Below, one piece after another: positions 26,945 to 50,450 of a stretch of DNA of 64,000 nt. The first letter of the stretch is position 1; each line of letters opens with the position of its first letter. A program made the translations under genes and the position numbers. The notes beneath the pieces were generated by a model. The model was not told the DNA's origin, did no database searches, and saw only the letters and a list, made by a program, of their open reading frames with translations. Source of the stretch: the human T2T-CHM13v2.0 reference genome, Homo sapiens; NCBI RefSeq assembly GCF_009914755.1, contig NC_060940.1. One strand, given 5' to 3'.

Positions 26945-27202
26945 TGTTTTTTTTTTTAATTTTTATGAGTATACAGTAGATGTATATATTTGTAGGGTAC
27001 GTGAGATGTTTGGATAGAGGCATGCAATGTGAAATAAGCACATCATGGAGAATGCAGTGTCCATCCCCTCAAGCATTTATCCTTTCAGTTACAAACAATC
27101 CAACGACACTCTATTTAAAAATGTGCAATTAAGTTATTACCAAATATAGTCACCCTGTTGTGCTATCAAATAGGTCTTATTCATTCTATTTTTTGTACCC
27201 AT
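26945..27202 (-). mobile_element. L1MA 3' end fragment
   Basis: Poly(T) then tgtatatatttgtagggtacgtgagatg...catcccctcaagcatttatcc, typical of a reversed L1MA 3'UTR. Confidence 0.7.
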
Positions 27203-28409
27203 AAAAGCTATTTTTTAATGTAGTCAATCCTACACTATCTTGTTTGTTTACTCCACATTACCTTACACAGAAACCCCTTTCAAATGAATTATTAATAGCA
27301 CTTCTCACTCTTTCCCTATACCTTCACCTTCACATCTGGGGTTTAGAGGGAACTGAATAGCTCCAAAACCCGGAAGAACACGAAAACCAACTCTGTGTGA
27401 CTTGGCAGACTGCGGCTCTGGAGAGCGCCACGCAATTGTGAAACTGACTCTAAAACTGTGGCTGAGTGTCTGCGGAACTGAACCAAAGTAAACTCTCCCA
27501 ACGGCCTCCCACCGTCCTTATGCCATGCTGTTTGGAAGCCACTGCTCTGGTAACATCTCTGCCCTTCTGAAGTAAAATTAAAACATTTCAATATAGGCAT
27601 GCCTCATCCCAGCTGGCTGTCAAATGGCCTGCACTGACTCCCTGGAATGATTTGATAAAATACTTCACATATGCCTCATCCAACTTGACAGTTTTCATCC
27701 TAGCATATGAGGAAATGCACTAGGCAAGCAGAAATGCTGATAAAGACATGAAAGGATGTTCCATCACTGTGAACTGTATTGAAGAACAATCTCTCCCAGA
27801 AGGACTTTCATCTGCAGATATCAAAAAGACACTCAGACTAACACTTGCACGAAACGTTCTTTCTATTTTAGCAAAGATCCGAGAGGGTGTAACACGGTAA
27901 AGACCCTCAAGACTGCGTGCGGGTATCTTGCCACATTTCTGAAAGCTTTCTGATGAAATATTATTTCCCCACTTATTCTCTAAAGGACTGACATTAACTT
28001 TATCAAACACTAAAATTAAAATTCCCATTAAATACAATGGCTAATTTTACAAAAGAATTCTATCCTAAGAAACAGTGTAACTCAAGTTCACATTCTAGAT
28101 GTCATAGAGCAAGTTTTAACCTTTGTGGAATCTGTCATTTTTTAAATGTTGTATGAGTATATCACTGGCAGTGCTTGTTATCCTGGCTTTCAAACAAGTC
28201 TGGAAAGACTCCAGGGTAAAGCACAGCATACCAGGATCTTTTGCTCAATACACTGGGTCACTTCCACTCAGTATCTTCACAGGCTACACAGCATACGCTA
28301 CACAATACCTTTAGCTCCAAAGAGCCACCACCTCATCTCCATTACCCATGTGCTGGGTGGCACTCACAAAAAGCCACCCTCCAAACTTTTTTGTGAAACA
28401 GGCGGTATA

Positions 28410-29990
<1,581 letters not shown>

Positions 29991-31010
29991 ATGAATAAAA
30001 AAAAGAAAAACATAAAACTATTAAATACCAAGGACTACCTCAAAATCCAGAAGGCAGTAACATAAGCCTTCTACCACTCCTTGAAACCAGGAGGCCAAAC
30101 TGTAGCATGCAACTAGGTTCTCTGCAAGAGATAAATTGGGTGAAATTACTGCTGACAGCTACCACTCTTGTTTTTAAGTAGATTTAAAAAAAAAAAAAAA
30201 ATTACTCAAACTACTCTCTTGGCAACTCATTAGCAAAAGTCTAACCTGTTTCTGTGAATTGGCCACAAATTAAGCTTTAGCCACTAATGCAGCACTAAAG
30301 ATTAGCAAACACTTGAGGGAGTAACACACACAATACAAAAGAATCAGACACCTCTAACATTAGCAAAATCCTCCACCCTTACCACAAAGCTTCAGACACA
30401 GATTATGTTAAGTACAAGCACAGATCAAAGGTTATTCTATGATGACACAATGGCTTGCCTTGGACTGTGGCTTATCTAAGCCATTCCCTAGTAGTCCGGT
30501 GAATATTAAGTGGGTTGCAAAACAATGCTGCTATTAACCCATTTCACGCAGCTATGCTCAAGAAAACGAAGTATGATATTCAAAAATGCATGCAAGCAGT
30601 CCTAAAGGTGATTCAGGAATACTTTGGATGGAGACTCAAACCTCTGAGAACTGAAAAGATCATTATAGTTCTTTCAAATTCTACATTACCAAATCTATCT
30701 ACAAAATCACAGATTTGATTCACAAAGGAAAGGAAATACTTAGTTTTGCTCCTGAGGCAGCAGGCTTTCCAGTCCTAAAACTGATGGCAGAGGAGGAGCG
30801 TGAATCAGACAGGCGGCCACTTTAAGAAGCAGTTAGCAAAAAATGGTCACGCCTAGTGTTGGAGCCAGTGCAGTGCAAGGCAAGCATGTACTGACAAGAG
30901 CTCCAGCCACGAAGGAAGGTTGTGAGTGTACCATGACAGATCTGGCTGGCAGGCCACTGAAGGCTGTCTACATGATGCTGACCACGAGTTTTAATGTGTT
31001 TGAAAATTCC

Positions 31011-31012
<2 letters not shown>

Positions 31013-31054
<42 letters not shown>
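31013..31054. repeat. (TG)21 microsatellite, read as (CA)21 in the PARN pre-mRNA; next to a ~40-bp reversed L1PA 3' end and an Alu monomer
   Basis: Counted directly; ttttaagttctgggatacatgtgcagg follows. Confidence 0.93.
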
Positions 31055-31062
<8 letters not shown>

Positions 31063-33626
31063 ATTCTTTTAAGTTCTGGGATACATGTGCAGGACACGCA
31101 GGTTAAATATGTATCTTTTAAATTGAGACAGGGTCTATGTTGCCCAAGCAAGACTCAAACTCAGTCTCAAGTGATCCTCCCACCTCAGCCTCATAAATGG
31201 CTGGAATGACAGGTGCACACCACCGCACCTGGCTTTTTTTTTTTTTTTAGTTATACAATTATATAACTAGTATAATCTCAATCAGCAAATGAAGAACACT
31301 GATCTCAATTAGTAAATGAAATAGACACAGAACACAAACTAGCAGGAAATTCTCTAAGAGGACAGCTTTTTTTCTTCTGGGCTGAGGAATTATGAGTGGG
31401 ATTTTTGTGTTTTAAAAAGAAAAAAAAATTAAGGACAAAAATTCCTAACTAAAGTAACATTTATCATGGCCTGTTCAGCCTCAGTTGATCCTCTCCTGTC
31501 TGGAAGTTATCGGTCCCCCTGTACTGAGAATGGGAGGCAGATTCTTCCAAGTTTAGCCACTTGCCCTTGGCCACCATGGAGGCCGACCCTAAGCTTCCCA
31601 CTACCCGCCCTACACACGCAGGCCCTGTTCTCTCTCTCCCACGTGGCTTTTAACCTGAGCTGTCTCCATAGCCTCCCTGTGAAATGGTAAGCCTAGAGTA
31701 CCAGCGGGAGCAGCTAGGGACAAGGGTTTTCATCCTAAACCACTAGTCAAAGCCCTTGTGTATATAAGAGAAGCAAGTGTAAGCAAGTGCTCAGGATACA
31801 ACATCCCAGAAACATTTTTTTATAATACTCAAAGGGCTGATTAACTTATAGCTTCACGTGATGGCGTGGAGCCCTGATACAAAAAATGAGGTTGCTGTCT
31901 GAGGAAGAGCTTTGGGTAGAGCGAATTTTCAAGGCAACAGGAACAACAGGCAGTGAAGAGAGCCATGTGGCCGGAGATCAAAAGGACAACCTTCCCACGA
32001 CTGTAGTGCAAAGCAAGCTGCTACCTGGGCATGGGGCTTGCCAGGCACACCTGCTCCCACACACCGTGATCACCATCAGGAAAACGAGTGAATCAGCATC
32101 TCAGGGTGAGGCGAGGCCTCAGAGGTGTATGGACACAGAGGTTTAGTTTGCATAATGACACACACACAGGCCTGGATGATCTAGACAGACTTCTAATGTC
32201 ATGACATGTGTTAATAAAGAAGAACAGAGTTTATTCTGGTCTCTCTTCCTAGCAAAAGGAAAAACCTCAAGCCCCCAAACTCTTTATCCTTCCTCCTAAG
32301 AACTCAGTATTTTCACTCCCCGAGTGAAAAATTTGCATTCGTGTCCATCTGCTTTCTGCTTCTCTCAAGACTACACTTCCGATTTCTCAAAAAAGAGATT
32401 TCCAAGTAAAATTGTACCCCTCTCCTACCACTACAGACTGGGATACAGAAATGTTGAATACAATCTCATCTCAACCCAATTTGAGCACAGAATTAATCTG
32501 CGGCTCACCCCAAGTCCCAAGCCTTCTAAAGAGAAATTGAAACCTTAACCGACCAGCAGCTCTACTGTACTTGCAAACGGTCTTGGTATTTCCTTCAGGG
32601 CAGAGCAGTAAAAGCACTTCATAAGAACCCTGTATGCAAGGCTCATCATTATACATATTTATGTGCTATAAAAAACTAATTTTATCATCCAGGGTAGGAA
32701 GCATGCAGACATCTCTCACAAAATAAGCTCATTTATTTTGCTCACTAAGGCTCCTGTGTAAAATAAGGGTAACCACTGGCTAGATGGGAGTGACTGTGGC
32801 ATCAGTTATTTTAATTTCACTCAGGTGGGGGGAATACAGTTTTCAATCTAGCCACTTGCTGTTTTGACAAATAGAGCGTTACTCAACATTTGTCCTGAAG
32901 CCAACTCATATCCTTTCTTAAATACATACACTAGAAACAAAGGCAAAAAAAAAAAAACAAAGGAAGAAAAAAACAAAACCAGCAGCTCATTTCAACAGTC
33001 TCCAAATGAAGCATATCAAATTACATCAACTAAAAACATTAAATTAAACATTATACAAAGGCAATGCCTGCAGGGCCTGTAAAACAACATACTGTAAAGT
33101 GTCAGAGGAAACAAGCCCCACACAATCCAACAGTCTAAGTCAACATCTTTTACAGTCTGTGCTCAGGCCAAACATTGAGAGAAACGGAAATCTTCTTTCA
33201 AAGACACTAACACTGTCTCTTAAAAAGATATGCCACCAACTACAGCATTGTCCCTTATAGACACTGTGTGCTATGGAAGAAGAATCCCTTCTTAGTGGAG
33301 CACAGGCTTGATTATCCCTGACTCTGCCACTCCTGGGGCCCTAGGCAGATGTCTCGGCTTTAAAATGGGCACATTTTCCCCTATCTATGAGGGCTGCCTT
33401 TAGAAAAAACAGTCAATGCAGGTGACATACTGTGCATAGTGGAAGGTGTTCAATCGATAAGCTATTTGATAGGTAGCCCAAATTTCTTAGAGTATACTGC
33501 TAATCCTTGAACACTGCAAATTAAATGCTAAATAGTCTTGGAAATAACTATTACCCACTTGCTCCAAGCCAGGACCAATGCAAGGCTGGAAATAGCTAAG
33601 AATGCTGACTTTACTACTAACCTGCC

Positions 33627-34135
33627 TACAGTGGGCTGAATGGTGGCCTCCAAAAAGATATGTCCACTTTCTACTCCCTGGAACCTCTGAGTGCTACCTT
33701 AGTTGGAAAAGGAATCTTAGTAGATGTTATTATATTAACATCTACTAAAATGATAATATCTGGGATTGATGATATTATCTGGGATTATACAAGTGGGGCC
33801 TCACTGCCATCATATGTGTCCTCATAAGAGAGAGGCAGAGACAGAGAGGACACACACACAGAGGAGGAGGAGGCAATGTGACCATGGGGACAGAGACTGG
33901 AGTGATGTGGCCCTAAGCAGAGGGATGCCAAGGAACGCCTGCAGCCACTGGAAGCCAGAGGAGACAAGGACAGATTCTTCCCCAGAGCCTCTGGAGGGAG
34001 CTCAGCAATGCTGATGACTTGATTTGAAACTTCTGGCCTCCAGAACCATGAGAGATGTATTCACCTAAAACACTTGGTATTTTAAGCCACCAAGCTTGCA
34101 GTAACTTGTCACAGCAGCCACAGAACACTAATCCA
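33627..34135 (+). mobile_element. MLT1C-like MaLR solo LTR
   Basis: gtgggctgaatggtggcctccaaaaagatatgtcc ... ttctggcctccagaac ... ttttaagccaccaag ... cagcagccacagaacactaat. Confidence 0.75.
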
Positions 34136-35505
34136 ATACCCTACAGAACACTAATCCAATACCCTACTACAGAGGAGGCAAGTTGCTTAAATATACATCC
34201 AAGGGTTGACTGATTTCCTTTTACCTCAACAAGTTATTTTAAATTATAATAATAAACAAGCTATTAAGCCAGAGAGAAATGTACTTTAAAGTAACTAGAG
34301 CAAACACAAGACTAGAACAGCTCAGCACGTGGACTGCCCCTGCAGTGCTGCAGGGCTAGCATACCAAGTACAGGTTGCTGGGTGGGTGGCCTGTAAGGTT
34401 TCTTTAAAAAGCAGTTTTTTGATGCTGCCACAGAAGTGGCAATCAAGATCACAAGGCAGAAATTAAATAAGGCAGTATCAACTTGAGGCAAGCAGTCCCT
34501 TCCCTGAAGTAGCACTTGTTTCCAGTCTTAAAAAACCAGACTCAAGGCTTCACAGTAATTTAATGTGCCCTGTCTTTTGACTTTGTGAAAATCAGTGAGT
34601 GCATTAAACTTTGAGGGTAATCAAACCAAGCCAATTCATGGAGATTCTTTTTATCATGGTAACTTGGGGAGCCAAAAACGAAATAAACAAGACTTTGAGG
34701 AAAAATAAATGGCTTTGGTTAAAGTATGTGAGGAAGAAAAAATGCATCTTGTATATTAGGGGAAAATATATTTTGTGAACTAGGGAAAAACTGGCTTCAA
34801 GCCTTCTGGAATCTGGGAGGCTGGCTTGAAGCATCTGCAGTGCTAAAATTTCACTCCTCCATGGCACCTGACTCCAAAATTTACACAATCCAGAAGAGGT
34901 TGAAAATGGAGACTATTTTTTAAAGACGTATTTCCTGGGCTCTTTATGATTAAAGGGTAATATCAACAATCATACCACTGTCCACATGCAGCCAGTTTAT
35001 GATAAGCTGTGCTGCCTAGTCCAGGTTCATACCCATTTTTGGTAAAAGCTGCAGGGCACAGGATATCATCTTTTAAAAGATTTGTTACTCCCTCATGCAA
35101 GCACATTAATATAAAATTAAAGGATAACTACTACCAAGTTCTTGGGAAAGCCAGCCAATAAGAAAGAAGGGGCCCATGATCACCACTGCTATAAGTGGCC
35201 TCCTTCCTGCCTTCCCTGACCTCGGTTCTGGCATCACCAGGTGCTTCTGGGAAAGGGATGAGAAGGGATGTGCCCGGCACAGGCAGACAATGGAGGAGGC
35301 TGTGTTCTCGACCCTAATGCCTCACAAATCACACAGCCTCACCAGCGTCAGAAGGCTCAACACAAATTAGTGCAAATAACACACAGGGTAGGTATTTTCT
35401 TTTCACTTACAACCCAACTTTGCAGCAAGACCTTTAAAATTAAGATGCAAAGACAGTTATAAAGTGTTTTCTTAAGAAGATATCTAAATTGCCATTCTCA
35501 ATTAA

Positions 35506-36775
<1,270 letters not shown>

Positions 36776-37249
36776 TTAAAAAAACGAAATGAAATGAGAA
36801 ACAAGATTTCCATTATTTTCTTCAAGTTCACTACAGTGTAAGTCACAGTAACAACCACCCTTTCTGCACACCTTCTACATGCCACACCCAACACCAAACA
36901 GCCTTATCAGCGCTGCTGCCCAACCAGGTGGAGATTATGATCTACAGTTGAAAGACTAGAAACCTAGCTTTGGCAAGACAAATCTCCCGTCTGGTGGCAT
37001 CAATCCAACCGACCCACCCTGAAGCCTCAGCTATTTCCCTTATGCTCCTGCTGCCTTATGCATAAGCCACCCTAGCTGAGATGTTGCACAGATACACATC
37101 TATGTATCTTAAAGTTTATGTGCCCAAGGTGTGATCTAAACATAAGGCAGTAATACAATTACAAAAGAAAAATGCTCCAGGTGATGCAAAATATCATTGT
37201 TTTAATAAATTAAAATGTCAGTGAAGCAATGAGTTGCTCAAAAAGAACA

Positions 37250-37578
37250 GTTCACAAAAGGATACATTCATAGACAGATTAGAGGTAACCAGGAGCTGAG
37301 GGGAGGCAGAAGATAGGGAGTTACTGGCTTGCTGGTTACAGAGTTTCTGTTTGGGGTGACGAAAAAGTTCTGGAAACAGTGGCTATGGTTGTATAATATT
37401 GTGAATGTAATTAATGCCATCAAACTGTACATTTTAAATGGTTAAATAGCAAAAGTTGTATATTTTACCAAATTAAAAAAAATTAATAACGTAATATGCC
37501 AAAAACCACTGAACTATACACTTTAAATGAGTGAACTATATGGTATGTGAATTTATATCTCAATAAAGTGGTTTTGAA
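37250..37578 (+). mobile_element. L1MB-type 3' end fragment
   Basis: gagtttctgtttggggtgacgaaaaagttctgg ... gtatgtgaatttatatctcaataaag. Confidence 0.7.
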
Positions 37579-37591
37579 ATAGGAAAGAGGA

Positions 37592-38902
<1,311 letters not shown>

Positions 38903-39224
38903 GTCTAAAACTGAAAACACAATACAGAACTAAGAGTAAGAACTAACCATATGATTCAAAGGGGAGAAACAAAAAACAGTAACATATTCAATCTTCTCCC
39001 TGCATATTATTTAGTTGCATGTAGGTTTTTTGCGGGAGGTCTCCTCTGCTTTCTGGTCAAGGCTCAATAATTCAAAACAAAGTCCTGTTTACTGGATGTA
39101 CACAGTGCATCATACAACATCTTCTATGCAAACCAAACAGCCCTCCTTCTGTTCCCCACATCTAGTCAGAGAAGTGTCTCAAACTATGTCACCACAGCAG
39201 TGACAGCAGTGAGAAGTTAACTGA

Positions 39225-39405
39225 GGCCTATGATGTACCAGCCACTATGCATTTTACACACACTCTCTCATTTCATCCTCACAACAACCCTATCAAACAG
39301 GTTCTAATATTCTCAATTTAAAAACGAGGAAGCTGAGGTACAGGGAGGGTGAGTAACTTGCCCAAGATCACACAGGTAATAAGGAGCAGAGCCGGGATTC
39401 AACTG
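39225..39405 (-). mobile_element. MIR
   Basis: catttcatcctcacaacaaccct...gaggaagctgaggtacag...taacttgcccaagatcacacag...gcagagccgggattcaa. Confidence 0.75.
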
Positions 39406-40398
39406 TACTATACTACGCTCCACAAGATCCTGAAGTAAAGCAATCCTACTGGAGAAATCAATCAAACGGCTTTTTAAATATTTAAATTCAAATGGAAATG
39501 AATCCTATGGAGTGTTGTGACACTGACAGCTATATGCTTACCAACAATAAAGCTATGTTAAAACTCATGTTTATGTTGGGAAGCTGGAAGTCCCATGGAG
39601 GAGGGAGGTGGAATTACCGTAAGACTCAATTTAATACACTGCTCCTCTGTATGAGGGAGGGACAGGCTGGACAGCAGAAGGTTAAGCGAGGGCTTCCCTG
39701 CAGGTGATCAGGCAGCACCCTCCAGGGAGACAAGCTTGACACACGGGGTCCCTTAACAACCCACTGCGACCCTGCACGCCATGCTGCTGGGCACGAACGG
39801 CAGTTGTGCTAGTAAGCAGCAAATAAAGCCTTGTTCTGTCCGTTACTGGCGAGAGGGCTGGGAAGAAATCTTTTCTTTTTTTTTTTGGTCACCCAAAATA
39901 AGTTGACACTGGGAAGAAATCTTTAATTCTTCAGTTTAAAATCTCTCTGATGTTAAATGTCAAGCACATGCATATTACAAGAAAAACCCAATTTGCTAAC
40001 AGCATGCAATTGCTTTCTATGGAGAAAAAGGGAAAACACTGGTGTGCTTTTATTTCAGGCACCACAGGTTCCTTCCTCTCCCATCTGTACATACAGCTGT
40101 TATGTATACCTATTCAACCCTCCATACACTGCTGCGTTATATTCATTTCAAAAACAAAACTTTAAAAAATGCTCCAAACCAAAGCCATCATGCTTCTATT
40201 ACGTACCAATGTGACACAATCATCATCTGATTTTTCATAAGCAAACACTAATGGGTAGGTACTAGCAGAAGTAGACACTTCACATTTGTTGCTACTGCAC
40301 TCCAATTTTATGTCCACAAGCTAACATAGTTTCTTTTTCATTAAACTAAAACATAAAACACATTCTGCTACCACCTCTACCTTTACTGAATCTCCTAG

Positions 40399-41010
<612 letters not shown>

Positions 41011-41113
41011 ATTTCAAGAAACGGAAAAGAATATATGCTGGGCACTTATTAAGTTCTAGGAACTATCAAAGTCCTTTCAAATCTCATACAATCCTTATAA
41101 CCTCGACGGAAGA

Positions 41114-43670
<2,557 letters not shown>

Positions 43671-44944
43671 GAAGGTGAATCATTTTATCCCCATTTTACA
43701 GAGGAGAAAACATTTGTCCAAGAGCATATCATTCCTTGTCTCATCGGTAGCTCAGAAAGACCATAAAGCAGTGTCATTCCAGGAAGGCCTAGATTTCCAG
43801 CGGAACCCTGTTCAGATTCAAAACAAGGAAGCAGTCCTGTAGAGTAAACTGCAGGCATCTAGCTCATCTTTTCACATTCCAGTGCTTACTGAAGATAGCC
43901 AAAAAAGAGACCTGCTTATTCTTCCTCTTTCTAAGAACTGAGGTAAACAGAAAACAACCTTCCCGAAAACCTTCATAAAAGGGTCAAGGTGTCTTGACAA
44001 TACCGAAGACAGTTAACAAAACATAAGGCAAACGTCTGATTTTGTGCTTTCTGTTGTACAATAAAAAGCAAAAGCAGAGAGCATTTTTAGCTCTTAGATT
44101 TTAGATCTGGATTTGACCAAAGGATCTTAACATTAAGTTTGGTTTTCAATGCATTGATTAAAACTGACCAAAGCTATAAAAGCAGGTAAATCATTTGCTG
44201 AGGAGACAGCCTCCAATATAAACAGAGTGCATTCCACACAGGCTGTCATTAGCAGTGGCGTGATCCTGATTTCCATGGCTCAATTCTCTCATGACTTTCC
44301 TCCTGATTCCAAAAAAGCAAGGAGGACTATGGGAGGTGCCCAGGCCATGAAAAAGACAAAATGGCACCATGCAAAACCCTTATGGGACATTCTTCTAGAC
44401 CAGTATGGCTTAAAAAAACACCTCATATCACATTCAGTCTTTGCATACTGCTTAAACAACAGTGGTCTCAGGATTTCCTCAATAGTTGACTTGATAAAGC
44501 TTCCCAAAATGGCATAACTGATGCTACTAAATGCTAATTTAGAATAATGCAGACGTAAGTGAAGTTTATTTCCCTTCGAGGTTTACTTTTTAAATGTTAA
44601 GTCTGGTGAGAGCAAAATAAAATATTGTTTGCATATGTGGGCAGTTTAATGTCCACCCAAATTTATGTTAGGAGTATGCATGTTTGGTAAAGGTTACATT
44701 TAGAAAAGACTGGTGTCAAAATAAATTAATCTTCAGAAAATCTTGCATATTTTTCTAAAATCATCAGCTTGAGATAATGTTGGGGGCAACTACCAAATGT
44801 TTTTCTACAAGGGTAACCATGAAAAATGACAAAAATCAAGGTTTAATATCCTAAATCACCTGCAAGTAAGTAAAAACAAGGTCAGTATTAACATAGAAAG
44901 AGATGTCAAAAGAAGCAATTGTTTTTCCTTCTTTTTTCTTTTTG

Positions 44945-48118
<3,174 letters not shown>

Positions 48119-48404
48119 CCTCATAGGAAATTTAAATGCCAGAACTACCAGTTCTTTTTCTTGGAAGAGATCTACTATACTACGTCTAGCAATGTTTTCT
48201 TTTTTTTTTTTAAGCCTATATTTTTAATACATTTGTTCCCCAAAAGGTCACTTTCTACTTTCAAAAAACATGTGAGTCACTCGAGATGAAAAACAGCTTA
48301 TCTAAAAATGTGTTATAGCTCCCAATAACTCCAAACTGACATCCCAAGATATGAGGCTGTTCCACAGTGAGAGAACTTGGAAACTGGAACTCTCTGATTA
48401 CTTA

Positions 48405-48506
<102 letters not shown>

Positions 48507-48590
48507 TCATAGTCACATAGACCAAGCCTGAAAGTTCAGACCAAAACAGATTTAAATTAACAGCATGGTTCAACAAGTGTGAAAGGTATT

Positions 48591-48883
48591 CTTTTTTTTT
48601 TGAGTCAGAGTTTCACTCTTGTTGCCCAGGCTGGAGTGCAATGGCGCAATCTCGGTTCACTGAAACTTCCACCTCCCAGATTCAAGTGATTGTCCTGCCT
48701 CAGCCTCCCGAGGACCAGGGATTACAGACATGTGCCACCATGCCCAGCTAATTTTGTATTTTTAGTGGAGACAGGGTTTTTCCATGTTGGTCAGGCTGGT
48801 CTCAAACTCCTAACCTCAGGTGATCCACCCACCTCAGCCTCCTAAAGTGCTGGGATTACAGGAGTAAGCCACTGCGCCCGGCC
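48591..48883 (-). mobile_element. AluS in intron 17
   Basis: TSD tgtgaaaggtattctt on both sides. Confidence 0.9.
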
Positions 48884-49033
48884 TGTGAAAGGTATTCTTA
48901 CGCACCAAGTACCATACCACAGCAAGTGTCAGTGGTTTTTCTTGCAGATTTCCTCCTCCCCTCATCTCCTCCCACTCCTACCTCAAAACCCTCCCACTTT
49001 TAATTGGGTGAGTGGATCCCAAGGAAATGGTAG

Positions 49034-49920
<887 letters not shown>

Positions 49921-50214
49921 CTAAATAGGCAGAAAAAAGCTATCTATTCCTTAATTCTCTCTATATAAGACCTTAAAATACAAGATAACAGAGTCACTGA
50001 AAAGGAGGGCTTTGGTCTAGGATACAGAAATGCCTCAGTTAGATTACAAAGGACTCAGCCGTGGGCTTTCTCGTCCCACACTGGTGGGTGCTATTTATGA
50101 TCATCCATAACTCACTCTAGGACAATGATTCCTCTTCTGCTTGCTTTCTAAGGCCATGAAAAGGATATTCTTCCCTTATACAAGATGGTCACATCAGGCC
50201 ACAATAGATGATCC

Positions 50215-50450
50215 AGAGTAAAGATTAAGAGCATGGGCTCTGGAGTCACACTGAGTTCGAATCTCTGCTCCACCACTTATTTGCGGTATGACCTTGGGCA
50301 AGTCACTTCATCCCTAAGGTTCCAGTTTTGTAAAACAGAGATGATAATCAAACCTTCTTCAAAAGGTTATTGTTAGGATCAGATAAGATAATATAAGTTA
50401 AACTCTTACCTAGTGCTTGGTACATAGTAAGTGCTCAAAAACTGTTATCT
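50215..50450 (+). mobile_element. MIR
   Basis: ttaagagcatgggctctggagtca...tgaccttgggcaagtcactt...tggtacatagtaagtgctca. Confidence 0.75.

Noticed and set aside
27343-28037. Two non-repeat minus-strand ORFs (85 and 105 aa)
   Set aside because: No recognisable domain or processed-pseudogene hallmarks; lengths are compatible with chance
44227-44517. Overlapping 96-aa and 72-aa ORFs in unique sequence
   Set aside because: No similarity to any protein I recognise; no splice or retrocopy evidence
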